Below are positions 43,041 through 52,893 of a DNA stretch of 64,000 nt, piece by piece. Below the pieces are notes generated by a model, which worked only from the letters and a program-made list of their open reading frames with translations, did no database searches and was not told the DNA's origin. Every line of letters begins with the position of its first letter. Within the stretch, counting starts at the first letter, position 1. The position numbers and the translations under genes were made by a program. The DNA comes from Antedon mediterranea (Eukaryota > Animalia > Echinodermata), in assembly GCF_964355755.1 (NCBI RefSeq), contig NC_092671.1:558001-622000 (forward strand), written 5' to 3'.

Positions 43041-43781
43041 TTTTTAGTCGCGTGGAATCGACTCTATAGTTCACTATGTCGGTCGGTCGGTCTGTCGGTC
43101 TGTCGGTCTGTCGGTCTGTCTGTCGGTCCGGTATCGCTATGCGTTTTATCGCTTTCTGACCTTATCTTGATATCAGTTTAATCTAGCTAAGTCAATTTTT
43201 CACAGTATATTCCTTATGGCCAGGAATCGATGTGGTTATGTTTTCACGGTGCGCAATAAAAAAATTACGCGGTCTACGCACGATTTAACGAAATCACGTT
43301 TGTAATCATATCTTCACAACCATGAATCACAATTAAATAAAATTTGGTACTCATAAATTACAGGGCATAAATCATCATTATGGCAATACAATTATGTGCG
43401 TAGCGCATGTAACGCATGCGTACGCGCGCCTAAAATTTTCAAAATTTATTTTCGATAAAATAAGAGTACGTTTCAGGCAATTTTAAGCGTTTACAAAATT
43501 GCCATGAGTGCGCAGATTTTGGCGCGCGCACTGCGCGTTAAATGTTATTGCGCACTCTTTTTGCCCGATTTCTGTTTTCTTGACTTACTTTTCAACTCGA
43601 AATTACGTTATACGAGCACGTCAAAAGTGACAGGCTACGCACGTGTAAATTAAAAAAATATAACTGTTTTTAAACATTTCAACATTTTTAAACATGTTCA
43701 GTAATTTCGGTCAGTTGGTAGGTTGGTCGGTCGGTCGGTAAACACTAAGCACGCGACTGCAGCCATCTATATGGCCTTGTT
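43041..43781 (+). mobile_element. DINE-1/HINE-like non-autonomous Helentron derivative
   Basis: 5' T-run, subterminal inverted repeats AGTCGCGTG (43046) and CACGCGACT (43750), a (GTCN)n microsatellite near the 5' end and a 3' hairpin GCCAT-CTAT-ATGGC. Confidence 0.75.
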
Positions 43782-44592
43782 ATTGATCATGTCTGAGGTA
43801 GGGGAACTTATTGGCTATAACTTTTTCAAGATTTGTGTAAATTGTGAAACAGATGCAGATTATTATCTTAAAAACAAAAATAGTGAATAATATTGAATAT
43901 TGTTATTCAAATAAACCAGAAATAACTGTTATATTAAATCATTAACAATGCTAAATCAATAACTTGTTTATTGTCGTGTGTAGGCCTATGTATGAAAAAA
44001 ACAACAATATTACTAATTGTAGGCCTGCATGAGAGACTATTAATAGGCTAATGAGAAGAACTCTTTTAAATCTTCAAGGTCTACTGACTATACAGTATTA
44101 TGACTACAAAAATATTATATATATTATATAAAGTTTTTCTATTTATAAACCTATAAATAATACAATTAAATATCGTTATATGAGTACATACAGGAAACAA
44201 TCTGTGAATTTGTAAATTCAGAGTCAAATCTGAGGAAATGTATTCCTCCAATGAATTCAAGTAACAACTTACAATTATTGTAGCTGAAGTGTGTATCAAA
44301 ATAGAATAACGGTATTAAATGTACAAAATGTTCTCCAAACTTTAATAAAATTGTTATAATTAGGGAAAAAATTATCATATTGACGACGTTCTCGTACAAA
44401 ATTATTAATTGCACAATATGTTGAGAACAATTCGAAATAAATATTCATTCTTAATGAAATGGTTTTAATGGAAGAATAACAATATCAAATTGACGGCGTT
44501 CGTACAAAGTAATTACATTTCTCCGAATTTAATAAATGGTTTTACATAAAACAGTTGTCATTTGTATAGATACCTCCATGATATTTGTATTT

Positions 44593-47500
44593 TTAAGGCG
44601 GTGGTAAATTATGATTTTCTAAGCCAAGAGGTGAAAGATTAAGTGGAACTAAAGAACAAACACAGCTGCTTGGTATTGCTACCCATTCTACAGATATTAC
44701 TGGCTTTGATGGGTCAGCACATGATTTGATTGTCACTGCTCGTCGCCATGCGTATTTCTGTTGACATTGACCAAATCCAAAGTTGCAGTATTTGAATCTG
44801 AAAATAAATAATTTTAGAATAAACTGATTATTGTTGCGGACAACACTCATTGGCTAAATAACTATGATCTTGATGAACCTATCTTTTTTAAACAACAGCG
44901 CCACCAATAATTGAAACATATGAGAGATATTTGCATGATTGAGAGTGGCAAAAGAGCACATGTTTATGTTTATCCACAAAAGTACGTTAAACTATACATT
45001 TTTTAACCAGGTGTCTAGACAATTATTTTTATTGCAAAAATAAAAACAGCATTGTGCCTTTCTAAAGTTATTATTATTGAAATAAAACTTACATGCATGC
45101 TTTGACTTGGAATGACTGTGCAATTTTCCCCGGTACTTGAAGCACTTGAACCACATCTCCATATTTATTATACGCTTTTGTGACAAGAATCTGGAAAAAG
45201 TGTTCTGGGCATGGCACACCAGGGTTGCGAAATGGCATAACAGGGATTGGTAGGGGCCCAAAACCTGGCATACCAGGTACACCGGGACTTCCATTGGGAC
45301 CTTGATCACCCGGAGGGCAATAATAAAACCCAACAACTTGTCCTCCATTATCTGTTGCTGGATTGAACGGAGTTGGTTCTTCTTCGGTTGCTGTAAGTAT
45401 ATTTAAACAATTAATATATAGCATTCTTTGTAATCCACCGTGTTGATGTAAGTATATTTAAACAATTAATATATAGCATTCTTTGTAATCCACCGTGTTG
45501 CTGTAAGTACATTTAAACAATTAATATATAGCATTCTTTGTAATCCACCGTGTTGATGTAAGTATATTCAAACAATTAATATATAGCATTCTTTGTAATC
45601 CACCGTGTTGATGTAAGTATATTTAAACAATTAATATATAGCATTCTTTGTAATCCACCGTGTTGATGTAAGTACATTTAAACAATTAATATATAGCATT
45701 CTTTGTAATCCACCGTGTTGATGTAAGTACATTTAAACAATTAATATATAGCATTCTTTGTAATCCACCGTGTTGATGTAAGTATATTTAAACAATTAAT
45801 ATATAGCATTCTTTGTAATCCACCGTGTTGATGTAAGTATATTTAAACAATTAATATATAGCATTCTTTGTAATCCACCGTGTTGATGTAAGTAGAAACT
45901 TCTTTTTTTAAAAAAACTTGATTTTTAAAGTATGAAGTTATCGTTTTCTAGTTATAACATAACAATCATTTAAACTTACGGGTTTTCTGACAAATGTACC
46001 CTAATTTTCGATTGCAGTTATAATCATCCCATTTATAATCATCAACGGATCGCAATCGAACGCAATTCTGATTTGTTCCTCCATTTCGGCCACCTTGTGC
46101 AAAATCATAAAAGGTTGGTTGCTCTCCAGTTACCCATTCGAAGTTGCGCTCGCGGCGTCTATCTGATAGCCCGATCCAAAGATCTCCCGCGTATAGGTCT
46201 CTGGCTCTCTGCTGGACGAAACTTCCGATATCTGGATCTGTCAAGACTACGAGGTTGCCATTGTCGTTTTCACAAGACCTTTGAGCTTCTTGGAATGTCA
46301 AAGCTGGACTCAAAGCGAAGCAATAGCACTTTCCACCATGTGATTCAAATGGTGGTCTACATTCTGAGTAAAATAATTAGTATCATAAAATAATAATTGC
46401 TTTTGAACTATGTAGTGTGCGAGAAACACCACTAAATATTCTCTGATCAGCTTGACTAAACTTTGTTTACAACTTACTTCCATCAAATTCTTGAGTGACG
46501 GATGACCCACCAGGCCCACCTACACCACCAGGTCCACCAGCACCGCCTTGTCCTCCCGCAGGAATGTCTAACCTCTCACCAACATACGTATTTCTGAATC
46601 CACCATGGAAAGCAAACGGTCTATATGTAAAGAAATATTGCTGCAATTATGTCTATAATATAATATTTTAAAAGTTTCTAATATAAATGTAGGTACAGGA
46701 GGTTTCGGTGTACTAAGCATTAGCATTAGAAATTATACATCTATTTATTTAGTTTATTCGTTTCTCCTCATTTTGTGAGACTTATCTCATTGCTCGTTTC
46801 CATGACGTAATCTCCATCTTGTGGTCTCTTGTTTGTTTGTTGATTTCTAATATCATTTTCCTGGTTATAATCTAATTGTTAAATCTCCTTAGTTAAAGTG
46901 AAAACATTTCCCACCCACATATGGATGAAATGGATGAAACATGCAAATTAATATACTTACGTCACCGGTTCTGGGCTTGCGTATGGCTCGTCATTGTTCA
47001 ATATACACTCGTAATCTTCTTTTATCTTTCTCAGGACATTATCTCCAAGTTTACTGAAAAGAATGAATGTAGATAACTATATAAATTTCGGTTGACATTA
47101 GTGTAACCTGAAGTTTCTCAAACCTGCTTAATGCAATATTGTTCAAGATGAATAAACTTACGCTATACATGACGACAAATCTTCAACTGCTCCCCAACAC
47201 GATACCACCAATAAACACGTGAAAATGGTTATTGCATTTACTCTCTGTGGAATGTTCAATTTACAATTAAAGGTAATAACATGAAAATGTTTTTGATTAA
47301 AGTTATCAGTAATTGTCAACTTTATACAACAACAAACTTTAAGTAAATATCTTACTTAAGAATAATTTAAGAAATATTTCTGATTCAAATATAATGTAAG
47401 CCAACATAAGCCAATTAATATTCATTTCATTTAATTTCATTATTTATTTGGTCTATTTAAGTATATGCAAAACAAAAAAAACTGAAATTGGGGAGACCAG

Positions 47501-49138
47501 GGTCAACCTAAGTGAACTTAATCACTGTAGCTGAGCCGGTGACGTAAAGCGGACGCATTGCAGATGGAATATTTTGATTCAGCAATTATTATATGTAGCT
47601 ATGTAGCGTTTGGAAGATGTATCATAATAATATTATTATGTAAGGAATGTTTATATGACAGATATTTATCATTCATAATAGAAATGGCATTATTCTATAT
47701 AAATTATGTTTCATTGTAACCACACGGCACGCCTAATAAAAGTTATAAGAGGTTTGAAGTAGACAACAGTACAATTACTCGCTAGCGTGTGCGTACATTG
47801 TTCAACAACACTTGTCTACCTCTAGTGTTTACAGATTCGTGCAGAGATCTCATTGCCCTTGTTTCACTAATAATGTATTCGGATTTTAAGTTAATTCTTC
47901 CATAAGTTAAACGATTATAGAAACCACATGACATGATAGAACATTATTTGTGTTTGTGTTTACATGGGCGTTTAACACAATGATTAATGAAAGCAAAGTA
48001 TTTCCGTTGAATATTCATTAATTCATTTGTTTTTAATAATTATTTTAGGTTAATACTCTAACTTTGCTGTATGTTCATTCATTCAATAGCATGTAGGCCA
48101 TTGGTGCAATAGCATGTAGGCCATTGGTCCAATAGCATGTAGGCCACTGTTCCAATAGCATGTAGGCCACTGGTCCAATAGCATGTAGGCCATTGGTGCA
48201 ATAGCATGTAGGCCATTGGTCCAATAGCATGTAGGCCACTGGTCCAATAGCATGTAGGCCACTGGTCCAATAGCATGTAGGCCGCTGGTGCAATAGCATG
48301 TAGGCCACTGGTGCAATAGCATGTAGGCCACTGGTCCAATAGCATGTAGGCCACTGGTCCAATAGCATGTAGGCCACTGGTCCAATAGCATGTAGGCCGC
48401 TGGTCCAAGTACAATAATATACATATATTTAAATTGGAGTAGTAGTAACAGCAAATATGCGAATATTAGTTTAATTTCTCGTTCAAAAACAAAATAGGGG
48501 TAGTATAAAGTAATTTATCAGCTAATTATGTCATTTTCCTAAATAAAAATTGTACAAATGTTACCAAAAAAGGTATCGCTAAACATGTGATAAACATTGG
48601 CATGTTCTCAACAACAAAAATAAATCAAGTAAGTCCAAGGAAGTTAGGTTTGAAACAAACTAACCATCGGCGTGGTATTTATGCAAGATTCTATACTAAA
48701 GTAAACTGTAAACTATTAAAAACTTAAGTATTTTATTAAGCTTCAACTGTCTATAAAAAATAAAAGATCTATATTTTAGAGATTCTCTAAAAGCAAAATA
48801 ACACACGGTAATATAAAAGCTAAAACGTTACGCCTGTTATTTTTATTATCTTTTATTGACAACTGGGAATAACAGTGTCCAACATGGCATACAAATAGTA
48901 GGCGATACAAGCATGAAAATAGCAATAACAAACTTAAATAATATTTTCACTAACTTTAAGAACTTCAAAAACAAATTTTGACAGTAATAAAGGTTCAATA
49001 GAGAATAAAAACACAAGGCTATGACAATGTGTGTGTGCAGTAAATGGGCATTCACATAATGCGTGAAATTTGCCGCATTTACAAAGAAGTTCATCAACAA
49101 CGATCTAAAAGTAAAATAATTTAAAAAAAACATACCAT
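44593..49138 (-). CDS. Secreted C-type lectin / Spaetzle-like cystine-knot fusion protein, about 402 aa (paralogue A)
   Basis: Exons 49138-49136 (ATG|GTATG, inferred), 47244-47162 (signal peptide RVNAITIFTCLLVVSCWG), 47053-46961, 46620-46478 (Gly-rich), 46363-45980 (CTLD: C..CY..A...C...L..WIGL..W..C..WDD..C..YIC), 45390-45093 and 44797-44593. Knot region reads CPEH...AYNKYG...Q.F....C....C......CQQKY......EWVAIPSSCVC. All phases join into one open frame. Confidence 0.85.
45391..45893. repeat. Tandem minisatellite, 55 bp, about 9 copies, built from a splice-acceptor region
   Basis: Unit (C/A)TGTAAGTAYATTTAAACAATTAATATATAGCATTCTTTGTAATCCACCGTGTTG starting at 45391, 45446, 45501 and so on. Confidence 0.97.
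45980..46363 (-). CDS. C-type lectin domain exon (symmetrical phase 1-1, 384 nt) of paralogue A
   Basis: Long-form CTLD cysteine pattern, WIGL motif and WDD in place of WND. Acceptor TTTTACTCAG, donor GTAAGT. Confidence 0.92.
48084..48407. repeat. Tandem minisatellite, 23 bp, about 14 copies
   Basis: Unit CAATAGCATGTAGGCCAYTGGTS. Confidence 0.97.
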
Positions 49139-49602
49139 GTCTTTTTTTGGTTCACAAAATCTAAGTTGAAATTGTTCGTTTTCAAGTCAATCAATTGATG
49201 GTGCGGCGGCCTACTGCACTAGAACATGTATCTGCAACAAGTTGACAAAGCATAGTAAGTACCGCCTTAATCTGACGGTTAGCATACGGTGTTGGGAGTT
49301 AAGTACCGAATGAATTCATCCAATCTATATCCCTCAAAGACTGTTCGATATACACTCAAGTGTTTGATGACCTGTTTCACTGTAACTTATCCATCTGGGA
49401 GAAGTTCATGGTAAATCTCATTATTAGTAAATTAATTAAAACTACTGGGCGTGATTTAAAAAATAGTTGAGTAGATGTTTGATATTTTCGTTCGCCTACG
49501 TACTGTATATTGTGGCAGTGTGTTATTTTCGTTCACATACGTACTGTATATTGTGAAAATTTCTTCTGAATTCAAAAATAAATGTAGTGATTTACTTGAT
49601 AC

Positions 49603-51188
49603 AATAAAAGTATTGCTAGAGTTTCTTACGCATACAAAAGTATTGCGAGAGTTTCTTGCGCATACAAAAGTATTGCGAGAGTTTCTTGCGCATACAAAAG
49701 TATTGCGAGAGTTTCTTGCGCATACAAAAGTATTGCAAGAGTTTCTTGCTCATACAAAAGTATTGCGAGAGTTTCTTGCTCATACAAAAGTATTGCGAGA
49801 GTTTCTTGCGCATACAAAAGTATTGCGAGAGTTTCTTGCGCATACAAAAGTATTGCGAGAGTTTCTTGCTCATACAAAAGTATTGCGAGAGTTTCTTGCG
49901 CATACAAAAGTATTGCGAGAGTTTCTTGCTCATACAAAAGTATTGCAAGAGTTTCTTGCTCATACAAAAGTATTGCGAGAGTTTCTTGCGCATACAAAAG
50001 TATTGCGAGAGTTTCTTGCTCATACAAAAGTATTGCGAGAGTTTCTTGCTCATACAAAAGTATTGCGAGAGTTTCTTGCTCATACAAAAGTATTGCGAGA
50101 GTTTCTTGCTCATACAAAAGTATTGCAAGAGTTTCTTGCGCATACAAAAGTATTGCGAGAGTTTCTTGCGCATACAAAAGTATTGCGAGAGTTTCTTGCG
50201 CATACAAAAGTATTGCGAGAGTTTCTTGCTCATACAAAAGTATTGCGAGAGTTTCTTGCGCATACAAAAGTATTGCGAGAGTTTCTTGCGCATACAAAAG
50301 TATTGCGAGAGTTTCTTGCTCATACAAAAGTATTGCGAGAGTTTCTTGCTCATACAAAAGTATTGCGAAAGTTTCTTGCGCATACAAAAGTATTGCAAGA
50401 GTTTCTTGCTCATACAAAAGTATTGCGAGAGTTTCTTGCTCATACAAAAGTATTGCGAGAGTTTCTTGCTCATACAAAAGTATTGCGAGAGTTTCTTGCT
50501 CATACAAAAGTATTGCGAGAGTTTCTTGCGCATACAAAAGTATTGCGAGAGTTTCTTGCGCATACAAAAGTATTGCGAGAGTTTCTTGCTCATACAAAAG
50601 TATTGCAAGAGTTTCTTGCGCATACAAAAGTATTGCGAGAGTTTCTTGCTCATACAAAAGTATTGCAAGAGTTTCTTGCGCATACAAAAGTATTGCGAGA
50701 GTTTCTTGCTCATACAAAAGTATTGCAAGAGTTTCTTGCGCATACAAAAGTATTGCGAGAGTTTCTTGCTCATACAAAAGTATTGCGAGAGTTTCTTGCG
50801 CATACAAAAGTATTGCGAGAGTTTCTTGCTCATACAAAAGTATTGCAAGAGTTTCTTGCTCATACAAAAGTATTGCGAGAGTTTCTTGCGCATACAAAAG
50901 TATTGCGAGAGTTTCTTGCTCATACAAAAGTATTGCGAAAGTTTCTTGCTCATACAAAAGTATTGCGAGAGTTTCTTGCGCATACAAAAGTATTGCGAGA
51001 GTTTCTTGCGCATACAAAAGTATTGCGAGAGTTTCTTGCTCATACAAAAGTATTGCGAGAGTTTCTTGCGCATACAAAAGTATTGCGAGAGTTTCTTGCG
51101 CATATAAAAGTATTTTGAGAGTTTCTTGCATATACAAAAGTATTGCGAGAGTTTCTTGCTCATACAAAAGTATTGCGAAAGTTTCTTC
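49603..51188. repeat. Tandem minisatellite, 30 bp, about 53 copies
   Basis: Unit CATACAAAAGTATTGCRAGAGTTTCTTGCK; it accounts for all four long ORFs at 49475-51395. Confidence 0.99.
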
Positions 51189-52893
51189 TGGAGAAAGAAT
51201 ACGTAAATTATTATTCGATTCTCCTTCTTCTGTTAACATATATTTTTGTTCCAATTTTATATTGTTGAATTTGAATTTCTTACAAGTTCTCACAACTGTG
51301 ACTGACAACATATTACACTGAGAACATATGCTATTCCAAGGGTTTAGCAACCATATATATTTTTTGAGTGACGTTACTATATTTAATTTGGTCAAGAGTA
51401 CTTCATCGAAGTTGGCTAATGAAGGTCAAAAGTGTATTTTATTATTTTCATTATTTATATACTTATTTCTTCATGGTCAACCAGTCAATGATTTGTTTAG
51501 AATCCTTTTCTAAATAACAGTATTGTACTATGCTATGGTTACACAGAGAAATGTGTCCAGAAGAATGTCCAGAAACAATAGCTTAAGAGAAGAAGAAATG
51601 GTGAAAAATGCTTTAGGAGAGTTTAAAATTCTGTAATATATATGATTTTTGATTAAAACTGATTAATATCATCTTCAAAATTACAATTCATTTCTTTTTG
51701 TATAATTAATAAAATACTCATAAAGCCATGATATGGTGTTAACACTAAAACAATGATAGGGTTACTGCTAATAATATAGGAAGCTTTCAATTTTGCCGAA
51801 TCTTAAGTGAATATCACCTTGTATAATATTAGGTTCTGTTGTACAAAAATAGAACGCTCTCAATGATAAGCAGGAAGAAAACATTAATAATAAACACAAA
51901 TCTGATAAATACTGTATTGTGTTTTTATTTCTATTGTGTATAAAGTGCGGCAACCATATTAAGCATGTTTTACAGAAACATGACAAGCACAAAATTAAAT
52001 AACAAACGTGCAAAGAGGATTGATCTTGTGAAATGGAAAGTTCCGTACAATTTAATTGATTGGATTTTAGTATAAACAAGATTAGATTGAGTCTTGAAGG
52101 AAAATTACTTTTTCCATTCACTTCTTAAGATATGGAAAGTTAATCAAGAAAGTACAATTAGGGTTTACCGGTTCTTTTACTCACTGGTGGTAAGTTTATA
52201 AGCAAGGATGTACTTAAATTTGGTACGAACTAGTTAAGTACTGACTTCTGACTTAACAAACAGCTTTGGAATATTATTATTCTTAGAAGAATACAATATG
52301 TAATTATTTTTATGGTTTTTTAACATACCACTTATGACTACCTTTGTACTAAGTTCGTTTGTTTCTTTACGAAGAGTCATTTTCTAAGTACCCTAAACCA
52401 GCTTACTTAAACACACAAGATATGTTAGTAGCTATCGACTCTGATTGTGTTTTGTTGATTAGATTATGCTATTTAGGTCGAGTACTCCTAAAGGAATTTG
52501 TTAATTTTAATTGTTACCACGCAAACCACATGACTTGATGAATGCTTAATGAGATAATAAAAGTTAGTAGATATTAGTTAATGATATAAAATAATTTGCT
52601 TAATCTTACCACATTCTTTACCAAAGACTGCAGTATGGTCAGAGTATTTACGTTAAAGATAAATTATAATGTTACATTTTGGTTAAAACAATTCCCCTCG
52701 TTTTAATAACTTTAATGAAAAGATATATAGGACTTATATATATATTAGCAATGAAATCACATTTGTATGCTTATTCATCTTACTGTTATTAAGTTTGTTA
52801 TATTATTTATGTATGTGAAACAATTAAATAAATGAATGAAAGAATTTTCAACGAAATGCTTTTTAAAAGTCCAATATACTATATATTACTTAA

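Noticed and set aside
48075-48454. Three overlapping repetitive ORFs
   Set aside because: Products of the 23-bp minisatellite.
49475-51395. Four ORFs of 483-589 aa
   Set aside because: They are translations of a 30-bp satellite, open in several frames on both strands, with no splice context.
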